This document shows, piece by piece, positions 1 to 13,737 of a stretch of DNA of 64,000 bases. A program made the translations under genes and the position numbers. The DNA is taken from NCBI GenBank assembly GCA_002269645.1, contig NIVC01002642.1, forward strand, positions 16,012-80,011, read 5' to 3'. The DNA is from Macrostomum lignano (Eukaryota). Position 1 is the first letter of the stretch. Each line of letters opens with the position of its first letter. The notes under the pieces are model-generated. The model was given only the letters and a program-made list of their open reading frames with translations, had not been told where the DNA came from and did not search any database.

Positions 1-3000
1 CACGAACTGCAGACAAGATAATGGGGCACAGGATGAGCCAGAGGACGAATTGCAAACAGGAGAATCCAGGACACGAACTGCAGACGGGATAATGGGGCAC
101 AGGATGAGCCAGAGGACGAATTGCAAACAGGAGAATCCAGGACACGAACTGCAGACAAGATAATGGGGCACAGGAGGAACCAGAGGACGAATTGCAAACA
201 GGAGAATCCAGGACACGAACTGCAGACGGGATAATGGGGCACAGGATGAGCCAGAGGACGAATTGCAAACAGGAGAATCCAGGACACGAACTGCAGACGG
301 GATAATGGGGCACAGGATGAGCCAGAGGACGAATTGCAAACAGGAGAATCCAGGACACGAACTGCAGACGGGATAATGGGGCACAGGATGAGCCAGAGGA
401 CGAATTGCAAACAGGAGAATCCAGGACACGAACTGCAGACAAGATAATGGGGCACAGGAGGAACCAGAGGACGAATTGCAAACAGGAGAATCCAGGACAC
501 GAACTGCAGACGGGATAATGGGGCACAGGAGGAGCCAGAGGACGAATTGCAAACAGGAGAATCCAGGACACGAACTGCAGACGGGATAATGGGGCACAGG
601 ATGAGCCAGAGGACGAATTGCAAACAGGAGAATCCAGGACACGAACTGCAGACAAGATAATGGGGCACAGGAGGAGCCAGAGGACGAATTGCAAACAGGA
701 GAATCCAGGACACGAACTGCAGACGGGATAATGGGGCACAGGATGAGCCAGAGGACGAATTGCAAACAGGAGAATCCAGGACACGAACTGCAGACGGGAT
801 AATGGGGCACAGGAGGAGCCAGAGGACGAATTGCAAACAGGAGAATCCAGGACACGAACTGCAGACGGGATAATGGGGCACAGGATGAGCCAGAGGACGA
901 ATTGCAAACAGGAGAATCCAGGACACGAACTGCAGACGGGATAATGGGGCACAGGATGAGCCAGAGGACGAATTGCAAACAGGAGAATCCAGGACACGAA
1001 CACGAACTGCAGACAAGATAATGGGGCACAGGATGAGCCAGAGGACGAATTGCAAACAGGGAATCCAGGACACGAACTGCAGACGGGATAATGGGGCACA
1101 GGAGGAACCAGAGGACGAATTGCAAACAGGAGAATCCAGGACACGAACTGCAGACAAGATAATGGGGCACAGGATGAGCCAGAGGACGAATTGCAAACAG
1201 GAGAATCCAGGACACGAACTGCAGACAAGATATTGGGGCACAGGAGGAACCAGAGGACGAACTGCAAACAGGAGAATCCAGGACACGAACTGCAGACAAG
1301 ATATTGGGGCACAGGAGGAGCCAGAGGACGAACTGCAAACAGGAGAATCCAGGACACGAACTGCAGACAAGATATTGGGGCACAGGAGGAACCAGAGGAC
1401 GAATTGCAAACAGGGAATCCAGGACACGAACTGCAGACAAGATAATGGGGCACAGGATGAGCCAGAGGACGAATTGCAAACAGGAGAATCCAGGACACGA
1501 ACTGCAGACAAGATAATGGGGCACAGGAGGAACCAGAGGACGAATTGCAAACAGGAGAATCCAGGACACGAACTGCAGACAAGATAATGGGGCACAGGAT
1601 GAGCCAGAGGACGAATTGCAAACAGGAGAATCCAGGACACGAACTGCAGACGGGATAATGGGGCACAGGAGGAACCAGAGGACGAATTGCAAACAGGAGA
1701 ATCCAGGACACGAACTGCAGACGGGATAATGGGGCACAGGATGAGCCAGAGGACGAATTGCAAACAGGAGAATCCAGGACACGAACTGCAGACGGGATAA
1801 TGGGGCACAGGATGAGCCAGAGGACGAATTGCAAACAGGAGAATCCAGGACACGAACTGCAGACGGGATAATGGGGCACAGGAGGAACCAGAGGACGAAT
1901 TGCAAACAGGAGAATCCAGGACACGAACACGAACTGCAGACAAGATAATGGGGCACAGGATGAGCCAGAGGACGAATTGCAAACAGGGAATCCAGGACAC
2001 GAACTGCAGACGGGATAATGGGGCACAGGAGGAACCAGAGGACGAATTGCAAACAGGAGAATCCAGGACACGAACTGCAGACGGGATAATGGGGCACAGG
2101 ATGAGCCAGAGGACGAATTGCAAACAGGAGAATCCAGGACACGAACTGCAGACGGGATAATGGGGCACAGGAGGAACCAGAGGACGAATTGCAAACAGGA
2201 GAATCCAGGACACGAACACGAACTGCAGACAAGATAATGGGGCACAGGATGAGCCAGAGGACGAATTGCAAACAGGGAATCCAGGACACGAACTGCAGAC
2301 GGGATAATGGGGCACAGGAGGAACCAGAGGACGAACTGCAAACAGGAGAATCCAGGACACGAACTGCAGACAAGATAATGGGGCACAGGAGGAGCCAGAG
2401 GACGAACTGCAAACAGGAGAATCCAGGACACGAACTGCAGACAAGATAATGGGGCACAGGAGGAACCAGAGGACGAATTGCAAACAGGAGAATCCAGGAC
2501 ACGAACTGCAGACAAGATAATGGGGCACAGGATGAGCCAGAGGACGAATTGCAAACAGGGAATCCAGGACACGAACTGCAGACGGGATAATGGGGCACAG
2601 GAGGAACCAGAGGACGAACTGCAAACAGGAGAATCCAGGACACGAACTGCAGACGGGATAATGGGGCACAGGAGGAGCCAGAGGACGAACTGCAAACAGG
2701 AGAATCCAGGACACGAACTGCAGACAAGATAATGGGGCACAGGAGGAACCAGAGGACGAATTGCAAACAGGAGAATCCAGGACACGAACTGCAGACAAGA
2801 TAATGGGGCACAGGAGGAACCAGAGGACGAATTGCAAACAGGAGAATCCAGGACACGAACTGCAGACAAGATATTGGGGCACAGGAGGAACCAGAGGACG
2901 AACTGCAAACAGGAGAATCCAGGACACGAACTGCAGACAAGATATTGGGGCACAGGAGGAGCCAGAGGACGAACTGCAAACAGGAGAATCCAGGACACGA

Positions 3001-4180
3001 ACTGTAGACAAGATATTGGGGCACAGGATGAGCCAGAGGACGAATTGCAAACAGGAGAATCCAGGACACGAACTGCAGACGGGATAATGGGGCACAGGAT
3101 GAGCCAGAGGACGAATTGCAAACAGGAGAATCCAGGACACGAACTGCAGACAAGATAATGGGGCACAGGATGAGCCAGAGGACGAATTGCAAACAGGAGA
3201 ATCCAGGACACGAACTGCAGACGGGATAATGGGGCGCAGGATGAGCCAGAGGACGAATTGCAAACAGGAGAATCCAGGACACGAACTGCAGACAAGATAA
3301 TGGGGCACAGGAGGAGCCAGAGGACGAATTGCAAACAGGAGAATCCAGGACACGAACTGCAGACGGGATAATGGGGCACAGGATGAGCCAGAGGACGAAT
3401 TGCAAACAGGAGAATCCAGGACACGAACTGCAGACGGGATAATGGGGCACAGGATGAGCCAGAGGACGAATTGCAAACAGGAGAATCCAGGACACGAACT
3501 GCAGACGGGATAATGGGGCACAGGATGAGCCAGAGGACGAATTGCAAACAGGAGAATCCAGGACACGAACTGCAGACAAGATAATGGGGCACAGGAGGAA
3601 CCAGAGGACGAATTGCAAACAGGAGAATCCAGGACACGAACTGCAGACAAGATAATGGGGCACAGGAGGAGCCAGAGGACGAATTGCAAACAGGAGAATC
3701 CAGGACACGAACTGCAGACGGGATAATGGGGCACAGGATGAGCCAGAGGACGAATTGCAAACAGGAGAATCCAGGACACGAACTGCAGACAAGATAATGG
3801 GGCACAGGAGGAGCCAGAGGACGAATTGCAAACAGGAGAATCCAGGACACGAACTGCAGACGGGATAATGGGGCACAGGATGAGCCAGAGGACGAATTGC
3901 AAACAGGAGAATCCAGGACACGAACTGCAGACGGGATAATGGGGCACAGGAGGAGCCAGAGGACGAATTGCAAACAGGAGAATCCAGGACACGAACTGCA
4001 GACAAGATATTGGGGCACAGGAGGAACCAGAGGACGAACTGCAAACAGGAGAATCCAGGACACGAACTGCAGACAAGATATTGGGGCACAGGAGGAGCCA
4101 GAGGACGAACTGCAAACAGGAGAATCCAGGACACGAACTGCAGACAAGATAATGGGAGCACACGAACTGCAGAGATAATG
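1..4180. repeat. 71-bp minisatellite (>=58 copies, runs off the left edge), lying in an intron of the SLC25A39/40 gene
   Basis: Unit CACGAACTGCAGACAAGATAATGGGGCACAGGATGAGCCAGAGGACGAATTGCAAACAGGAGAATCCAGGA. Its two halves resemble each other (GGACACGAACTGCAGAC / GGACGAATTGCAAAC). 71 is not a multiple of 3, so the ORFs here are artefacts. Confidence 0.97.
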
Positions 4181-4247
4181 ACAGAACCGTTTTCTTCTGC
4201 TACAGAAATCAGAATACGAGTAACCAAATCAGCAGAGAGCCGCTCAC

Positions 4248-4655
4248 CCAGCTGCCCTGATAAGCGGAGCTAGTGTTGTACTGATGCCGACAGAAATTAG
4301 GCACCATCCGAGTCTCCCTGGTTGCGCAGGCCGAGGACCGGGCACTGTGGTAGGCATTGACTGCGCACAGCTGCAAATCCATAAGGCCATTGCAGTATAG
4401 AAAGCAGCGACTAGCGGCGGAGCCGGTCACAGCGCCCGGTCTGGTCTGAGCCTGCAGTCGAGTTTTAACAACATCAAATGGCGTCATGGTAACTGCAGTT
4501 AGCAGCCCGCCTAGAGACGAAGCGGCGATGCGCTGCGGCACCGTCAGGTTGCTGTGCGAGTCGCCCGGCTCTATGAGGGCGTCTGCTTCATGAACAGAGT
4601 GAGACAGGTCTGGTGGCATTCTAGATGTACTTTTATGTAGATCTGTAGGGTGCAT
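4248..4655 (-). CDS. SLC25A39/40: First coding exon of mitochondrial carrier SLC25A39/SLC25A40 (glutathione transporter family); the rest of the gene lies left of the window
   Basis: Carrier signature TPFDVVKTRLQAQ followed by the family-typical CFLYCNGLMD loop. The reading ends at ...QGSW and is followed by a GTGAG donor at 4247. Confidence 0.9.
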
Positions 4656-5256
4656 TTTCTAAGAGTACTTATTGCCAGCAGTAACTGGCAATCTGCACCT
4701 GACTAGACACATGCAGTAGAAAAACAAGGCGAAAGAAAGTATATGAATGTTGCAAGCTATATCTAGACTTACATGTATAAAGGTGTAATTTTTTTTAAGT
4801 CTACAAAGACATGATCTTGACTAGAATCTCCACAAGATCATCCATACACTAAACTGACTTAGTTTTAGAGATTTCTAATTTCTCAATATTGAAGATTCAA
4901 AACTTTGATCATGAAATTGGCTTTGCTTAAAACTATTTTTTTACTTTTGATTGCTAGGAAATCATCAACTTCTATAGAATACAATTATCCTTTAATTTGC
5001 TTCAGAGTTATAGATAAAAAAGCAATAATAAACAATGGTTGTATGTGTATGTGCAGGTAGATAGCCAGCCATGGTTTTGGTAGCGCATTGTGATAATTGA
5101 GTTGCATGACTACTTGTTTTGAGTCTATTGCATCTACCTATATGAACTAACTGACCATTAAGTCTACCTATCTGACTGATAGTCAGACTGTGCCAGAGAC
5201 AAATATTTCAAGCCATGTCATTCTATGCCCATTTGCATTGCAATTTTCAAAGATTG

Positions 5257-5320
5257 CATTCTACCTTTGGCAAAATTACATTCTGCCTTTGGCAAAATTA
5301 CATTCTGCCTTTGGCAAAAT
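5257..5320. repeat. Short 22-bp tandem repeat (3 copies)
   Basis: CATTCTGCCTTTGGCAAAATTA repeated three times. Confidence 0.75.
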
Positions 5321-7735
5321 ATGATTTTTTTATTAAGGGAAAATTATATCTTGAAACTAGAACCCAACCTAGATAAATTTTGGGCCTAGTTTTAGAAGAT
5401 TCAGAAAAAAGATTATTCCATTTTCTTAGCAATGCAAATAGAAGTGAGGTTCAATAAAACATGTGAAAATGTATATTTAAATAGCATTGGTTTTTTAGAA
5501 AATATTAATTAAACAAAATTTCATAGCAAAATTGAATTCCGAGGATTAACTTGGCTGCCTTTGCCATATAAAAATTTCTTTTTAAAAGTCAATAATGAAT
5601 TAGGCCTAATAATGAAACTAATTAGCATATATTAGTATTAAATGAAAGGTAACTTTTTATCTTTAAAGATTTATTAAGGTAAATATTAACAAAATATTTA
5701 AAAAACCCTAAATGGTAATTTTTATTCTTTAAAATATAATAAATTGTGAGGTATAACTAATTAGCAATTGTTTTGATTTTCTAGATATTTAGTTTTAAAG
5801 CAATTTTTTGTTCAAGTTTAAGAGATTTTATTCTATTTGGCAATATATTTACCATTGCTAGTTTTTTATACTAAAGCCAAAGGTCCAATTTTTGGATGCA
5901 ATTTGGAAATTCAGGATATTATTTACTAATTTAGCTAATAATATGGCATCCTTATTGCATTAAAAACCTAAAAAACCTAGTACAAGCTATAGTGTTCTGC
6001 CATCATAATGGTTACGATTTATGGTATAGGCCCTATAATAGGAGTGGCACTGTTATAGCTATATTTTCATTATGGATTACAGCTATAGCAATTTTTTTAG
6101 CTTACAACTTCAGTTACAAATTATGACAAATTTCCAGACTTTGTCAATGCCAATGGTTATCTGTAATATAATGAAAATTGTTAGTGTTGAGTATAAAATT
6201 AAAAAACCCTTTAGTGTATATATTATAATTTTCCATATAAAAGCTATTTTTTTATATTATGCTATGGCTAGGCCTATGGCAAGTTATGTTTATATACATT
6301 TTTAGCCCCATAATGATGGGAAAATTTGGCTAGGCCTATGGAAGTTGCCTATTTCTTATGGCTAGGCCTATGGTTATGGCAATTGAAACTTGCAGTGGTA
6401 GAACATTGAAGAAGTATGAAGAAGATGGAAGATGCTATGCTAATACTATAATTATGGACGGTTTACCCACTGATTGTTAAGCCAAGGATAAAATGCTTCT
6501 AGCCTAAGCCTACTTGTATATTAAAAATCTATTTATTAAGTGAGTGTCAGTGAATAAAGTAGCAGACAATACAAAAAGTAAAAAGCATAGGCCCCTGCAG
6601 CCTCTATAAAAACGAATTCACTCACTTATATGGCTGTTATCTGTAAGACAGGTAGACAGGAAGTGGAAGACAGAAGACTGTCAGAACGAGAAACTGGAAG
6701 ACCAGAAGACTGGATAAGTGGAGGAACATATAATTATAAGACATTATCTAAACTAATTAAGTTTTTATTTAATAGGCCTAGTCTAAAGTATAATTTGAAA
6801 CATAATTGAAATATCTAACTACGACGGACAATAATATTAATGAGCAATACGATACGGCCCATCCCATCCCAGCATTGTGACATTGCAGTGTCATTAAGAA
6901 ACGACAATTAAAAATTAAAAAAACTATCGATTTTTGTCTTTATATCTGAAGACATGAAATTTTTACAAATATCATGTCAACAATGATTTAAAATCAATAC
7001 CAAACAAGTAATTAAACCAAAAGAGTAAATAATCACTCCTCCATTTGCTTTATCAAAGTTTACCTGCTGCGATAAAAACCATGGAAAACATGGCGCGCAA
7101 AAAATTTTGTTTTAAAAGCTAAAAATCCGAAAATTAATCGTTTTGATAGATTCGGCCTTCTAAAGTCTTTGCTCGAAAGCTTCTCTTCAGATCTCAAAGT
7201 GCAGACACTAATCGTTTAGCGCTGTGGCCTCCCACGTCACTCCTTTAAGATGGTTTACATTTTAAGATCTCTATATCGCATAACGCTGAATGGGGTTTTG
7301 TTTTGAACAGACAGCTTCGGTCGAATGAAATCCGCGCTAGAAAAGTTCGATTTACTTATTTCCTTAGAGCGTACTTAGTACTTAGTACACGTCACATAGG
7401 ACAAATATACCGTAGTATAACGTCCACCAGCTCGTTCTAAGTAAAACCAAGAGCTGCGTCTTTAAATACTTCAATTCTACTGAAATCTGTCAACTTCAGC
7501 AGTTGTACTATATACATTTTAAACTCCCAGAAAATGCATGTACTTGCTCGCTTTGGCCTGAAATCTGTCAACTCATCGAATCGGAAGATAGCTGCTGATA
7601 CTACAATATAGCTAATATCATGGTCGAGACTTCAAGATCTGACTGACGGATGTATTTATAAGTTCTCAACGATTGATTTGAACTTCTGCCTCAAAATTCA
7701 GCACATGAAAGCTTGCATGTAATTACTACTAATAC

Positions 7736-8069
<334 letters not shown>

Positions 8070-8145
8070 CTACTAAATAGGCAACAAGTTGCTAGCTCGT
8101 ACCAGCTAGGAATACCTCCCTATACGCTTTGCTTTTTTCAGCTGC

Positions 8146-9099
8146 TTATTTCCTGCTAAAACGGCTACTAAAAAGCAAGGAGCGACGAAAATTCGGCAAA
8201 AAGATAAGAAAAACAACTGGATTTACTGCCAAGTTCATGCTGCTCAAAAAAGGATCGAAACAGCGTCATTGCCGTGAAGTTAGGTTCCATTACTACGTAG
8301 CCAGTGATGTACAGGACTCCAAGAAGGGTCTTTGGAGCAAGCAGAATCACAAACAGACCGGATGTGACTCCTATGATGATGGTGAGTCGCTTGGCAGCCG
8401 CACTGGCAGCCTTGTTCGCCTCCTGCTGTCCGCTCTGAGCAGACGAGCGCCGCATGGAAACCAGAATGGCAGAGTAGAGCGACAGCATTGCGACAAACGG
8501 CAGAGCCCACACCAGCAGAGCGTACAGCAGCTCGAGCAGCAGATCAGCTAGTCGAGGAAGGCCGAACGGAGTGCACATGGAGACCAGCAGCCGAGTCCCG
8601 TTGACGCCCGGCACTTCCAGCTTTGCAGGCCGATGCTTCAGAGCAGTGTGCGGCAACTGGCCAGGAACGGCGCTATCGTCACTGCGGTGAAGCTCGCGGC
8701 CAGAATGCGCTTTCCGTTGCGCTTGTACCAGAACGGCAGCGTCAGGCACAAGCAGCGCTCCACCGACAGCGCCACCAGGTTGTACACGCTCATCACCAGC
8801 ACAGTGTAGTAGGCGAGGTGGCCGAACACCACAGAGCAGTACAGGTCCCACTCGATTGAGCTGGCCGATGCGGAGGGGAAATCGAACAGCACGTACTGGT
8901 GACTCAGCACGTCCACAATGAGCACGAGAGTGTCGAGCACGCACTGGACTCTGAGCATGACGGTGCTGAGCCGAGTGCCGACCTTGTGTCTGATGGTGAA
9001 GGCCAGCAGCAGGAGGTTCAGGGCCGCGCCGACCGCCTCGCAGACCGTCTGCACCGTCTTGAACAGGCCAATATCCGGAACTACAGCCCCTGTGTTCAT
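8146..9099 (-). pseudogene. Intronless class A (rhodopsin-like) orphan GPCR, copy 1, with two frameshifts (pseudogene or consensus error)
   Basis: 7 hydrophobic segments can be assembled across frames: TM3 ALSVERC and TM7 SSMNLAVNPVVF..LPNFRR (shifted frame), stop at 8148-8146. Relative to copy 2 there is a 1-nt loss near 8658 and 4 extra nt near 8254-8257. Confidence 0.8.
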
Positions 9100-10283
9100 T
9101 TCTCTGACTTCAGACTTACAACTTCGTAAACTTCTGTCCGTGACTCATGACAGCCGTTTGCGCGGCAGCATATGTTGCCTATTATATACAAAATGACGAG
9201 AGCTCATCAGCAAGGCGTACAATGCTTTGTTAGAACAGAACGGAGTCAGAGAGATGAAAAGCTAATATGAGTTTTCCCCAAGTTTATGGAGCTTATCCCA
9301 TCAGTTACGGATTATAGATAGATAAAGTTCACATTGTCAGGTGGTTTAACAGATATTTGTTAAGCCCTAGTTAGCTTCCAGTCACTCTGTTGGAACAATC
9401 AGTCAGTCACGTGTGTTGAGTTGTCTAACTGCCCTTGAATATATTTGAAATTGTCTTCGTTTATTGCTTCAGTTAAGTTAATTAGATCTTACGAGCGTAC
9501 TGTAGAGTATAAAAGTGTAATGGCCTTTAAACTACGAGTATTATGGACTTATGGTCGTCCGAAGATTAACAGGATTAGAATTTTTTATTCATTAGCCAAA
9601 ATCTGCCATCTTTCCCGGCATCTTTCACTGGGTCCTTCGAGGTGTATACAGTTGTCAAGTTAACAAATCTCTGGTATTGCCATATGAGCGTACCCACAGC
9701 AGACTGAATGTATATAACAGCTGGTGCCACAACGGCGCTTTTTGCAGAGGTCAAGCCCGAGTATGCTCTCCAGGCGCAACCCCACTATCATTGGGTCTCA
9801 AATTTGCCTGCTTACAATGTTCCATATTTCATATGGCAGACGGGTTCAGCGTCAATGATAATTTTAATTCTTTGAAAACAACGGGAATTGTATTTTCGTA
9901 TAAACAAGCGTACGCAGGAGTCATAATTTCCAAGAAATAAACGCCAAGTGCAATGTACATGGACTATTGAACGAGTTGGGGAATTGTTCATTCCATCAGA
10001 GTGTTGGTAAAAAGTTTTCGGGTAAACTGAATTTCAGTGGTACAGAGAAAAAGTGTACACAAACTATTTTTAGAATTGGTATTACATATTAGTGTACAGA
10101 AGTGTACATATACGAAAAGTGACGTTTTAAAGCTATATACGAGCGTACAGAGTTAATAGAAATCTATTCACGTTTAACTTGTCCGAGGAAAAGCTGCGGT
10201 GTTTCTGCTGTGTCTGTTAAAAGATCTGCTTAGAGAAACTATGAGCGAGTGCTGAGTTTCTCAAAGCAATTTAACACTTTCGA

Positions 10284-12260
10284 ATGGCATTCAGACGGGA
10301 TTTCAATGGTAAGGATTGCTTTCATCTTATGGAAAAAGCGGCACTAAAGCTTTGCTTGATTTTCTCTTCAGAACGGTCCGACAAGAGAGACAAAGGTGCA
10401 TCCAACCAGACAACCAATCTGAATCGCCGGCTGCGCAACATCTGGGAACGAGAGGGCAAGGACTATGGTGAGGACATCGACGATGAAGATGAATTGGTCG
10501 ACAGGTTTAAGGCCACCAAGAAGATGAACGAGCAAAGCATCAGCCGCGTCATGGCGAACATCCGCCGCTCCAAGACGGTGGACTTCTGCTTTCTCATTGA
10601 CGCAACTGGCAGCATGCAACCGCATATTGACGGTGCTCGCGACAGCGTCAAGAAAGTAGTGAATTCGCTGGTGCAGGGCCAGCAGAGTCAGTCGGGAATT
10701 CTGAAGCTGCGCTTCGCCGTCGTTGCCTACAGGGATCTCACTGACAAAATCCCGTATGAGATGCTCGATTTCTGTGAAAAGCCGGAGGTTTGCATCAGCT
10801 TCTGCCGCAATCTCGTCGCAAGTGGCGGCGGTGACGCCCCCGAAGACGTCTTTGGCGGGCTGGACATTGCGACGAGCCGACTGCAGTGGTCGGAAGATGC
10901 CGGCACTCGCATTATCTTTCATATGGCAGACGCGCCGTGCCACGGAAAGCGGTTCCACAACCTCTCGGATAGTTATCCCAATGGTGATCCGAAGGGCCGG
11001 ACCGAAAATGCCTTATTTGCTGCAATGAAGCGCTTGCACATAGATTACTACTTTGGTAAGATTAACAGCAGTACTGATCGCATGATCGAGCTCTTTTCCC
11101 TGGCTTATGGCCGTCCAATTACTGAGTTCAGCGTAGACGCCATCGCGAACATTGCCGGATCGGTGATCAATTCCATCACGACGTCTATTGATTGCAACGT
11201 GGAGAAGACAAAGCTTGGCACACCGACCGTGCAGGCTCGCAACTTTCGACTGGATCCCAATATTCCCAACTGGGACGAGCAGCTAGTGCAGAAAGGATCC
11301 TATCTGCAGTTCAAACTGCCCGAGTCAATGGAGGACGTGAAGAATGACGTCAGTCTGACCGAGAAGAAAATCGAAAATGTGCGCGTGAAAGTTGCCGACT
11401 GTCCGTTCGCCGAGGGAGCCGAGAGGATCGCGTACTACGGAGTAGATCTCTTCCAAGGATACAACACGGGAGAGTTCGCTGCCAGAGGTCGGGGCAGGGG
11501 CAGAAGGGGCGGCAATGGTGGCAGCCAGAGATTTCCGAGCGCGGGCTACGGCCAAGAGTCCAGCTCGCCCACCGAGGTGGTCTTCAAGGAGTACAAGCAG
11601 GTAGGGCACAAGCAAAACAGCCTGGAGCGCTACCGTGCCGCCAGCGAGGTGCAGACTATTGCCTTCTTTCTGGCGGACAAGTTCAACAAGAAGACTGCCA
11701 TCGTGGGTGAGACGCTTCAGATTAAATTCCTCAAGATTAGGACCATCATTCTACGGCCAAGCAAGAACGTTCTCCGCGTAATGTCCTGCGAGCGCCGGTT
11801 CATTGGAGGCGGAGATTTCGTCAAGTTCACCAACAACTGCGGCTACTCGTTGCAGCTGGCAGCGGAGAAGATTGCAAAATTTGGCATCGATCCGGTGATT
11901 CTAGAGTTGGTTGACGCTTTCTCTCACTGGACCTACCACTTTTCTAAGGGGTTTCTCATGGTGGTAGATCTGCAGGTGAGACAGTAAAACCATGAGAATC
12001 TGTATAACAACTTTCAGTCAGTTAGTCAGTTTGTTAACTCGCATGTCAAAATCTTGCAGGGCAAAATCTGTACTGACGGCACTGGCGGTCGGGGAAAAAT
12101 TCTGATGACGGACCCGGCGATCCACTGTCTGGACACGACGCGTTACGCGCCGCTCAACCTCGGCATGCCCGGCATGGAGGCCTTCTTCGCCGCGCACGAG
12201 TGCAACCGGCTCTGCGGTCGGCTGGGACTGCCGCCTGCCCGGCCAGTGGCAACCGCTTAG
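10284..12260 (+). CDS. von Willebrand A domain + alpha-kinase (VwkA-like atypical kinase), about 609 aa; exons 10284-10308, 10372-11975, 12060-12260
   Basis: VWA MIDAS-type FLIDATGSM, GGGDAPED and HMADAPCHG. Alpha-kinase motifs PFAEGAERIAY, VFKEYK, FSHWTY, VVDLQG, LMTDPAIH and NLG..G...FF..HECN..C (Zn site). The 84-nt phase-0 GT-AG intron restores VDLQ|G. The first 63-nt intron (GTAAGG...TTCAG) is inferred. Confidence 0.9.
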
Positions 12261-13737
12261 CAACAGACTGGCAACCGAAGACTGAGTTGTTGAACATTGG
12301 CATCCCACCGCACCAAGTCTGCCATGCGGGCATGACAACCTACAAATTTTGGAAGCCTACTATACCTGTATTTCATAAAATTTTAGGTTCTTCTGGCACC
12401 CACACTGTGCCTACATTTGATCGCCCCCAAAACAAATAGAAATTTACATGTATGATACAGCATGTATGATACACTAATTAAAGCAACCAGACTATAACGG
12501 GTAGCAACCCTGTTTTTTTTACCTTTTTAACTTCAAATTAGGCTTCAACTCAGCGAGAAGACTATAGTAGCTTGTCTTCCCAGTTTTTTGTATGTATCTG
12601 CACTAAACAATATGTACACTACTCGTACAATAAATATACAGTTGTAAACAGAGAAGTTTTACAAACAATCGCTTTAAAGAACAAAGTCGTTTAGCTTTAT
12701 TATTTATGTTCACTAATAGAAAAGGTTGTACTGAAGCCATATACTGATATTGTATACTGTATGTACGAGCGTAGCTAATTGTGGTATTCGTGCATACTCG
12801 CCAGTCAAAAGACCTTCAGAACACAGCATCAGCAGCAGCATCTCCTGCACCGGCTGCGAACAAATAAAAAGTGGGTCGCTTGGGTAAACAAGACGGACAT
12901 AGGGGCGCACAAAAGCTTGGCACGAATATGACGCATACGCTCGTAATGTGCGCTTCGGCAACTCAAAACTTGACAGTTCTGTAGGGATTTAAATGAATAA
13001 GGCGTAAAGACGGTGGTTCTTAATATTATTGCTAATTAGATAGGTTCGTAAGATAGGTCGAAGAAACTGCAACCGTTTGATTGCAGGTGCTTTATATTTA
13101 TAGCTTTTTCGTGGAACATTCCGGAAGAGGGAGTTTTCTAGAAAGAGTTTTCGCGGGAATTCATTAAGTTACTATATTTAGAATCATATACGGTATAGCG
13201 CAGAAATTTCTAGAATGAAATGTTTACTGCCTGAATGGTCTGAAAGTTTGCGAAGGTTTAGTACAAGGTCACTACAGTTCCATCTGTTCTCCATAGCTTC
13301 TTCGTTTTCCGTTTAGTTTGATATCTTGGCCTGTACAAAAACAGGCCGTAACTGTTATTTTAGCATAGTTTTGGTAGGACTCGGGGAACAGCTCGTCTGC
13401 TTTTCTGCTCAGGAACTAAACAGGATACACTTGTAAGAAATATATAGGATATATTATATAGGATATATGATACCGTCAGTAAGAAAAAACAAAAGGACTA
13501 AATATGGACCTGTGAATAATTCCTCTAATTAAAGAGTTCAAGAAGGAAGCTGATTCTATCCTATACAAATGGCCGTTAATTTTCAAGCTAGTTAAAAACT
13601 GCTCCAGAATACACTAAGGCCGTCTACGACACCTGATCCCCCCTCCCCAATGAATTGGCTCTGAGTTTTGCCCGCCGAGGTTCCCCCTAACGCTTTAAGA
13701 AGTTACAGCGGGGTTTCCAGCTACAGAAGCGGCACCA

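Noticed and set aside
973-4273. ORFs such as MQTGESRTRTADK...
   Set aside because: Translations of a 71-bp (non-triplet) array lying in an intron on the opposite strand.
10284-12260. Recent horizontal transfer or contamination as the origin of the VWA-kinase
   Set aside because: It has canonical GT-AG introns and host-like codon usage and lies between host GPCR paralogues; an older transfer cannot be judged without a phylogeny.
13003-13032. CGTAAAGACGGT...TTATTGC, resembling my recollection of the Macrostomum spliced leader
   Set aside because: Only a 12-nt exact match, no terminal ATG plus GT donor and no Sm site; the reference is from memory and a chance match is plausible.
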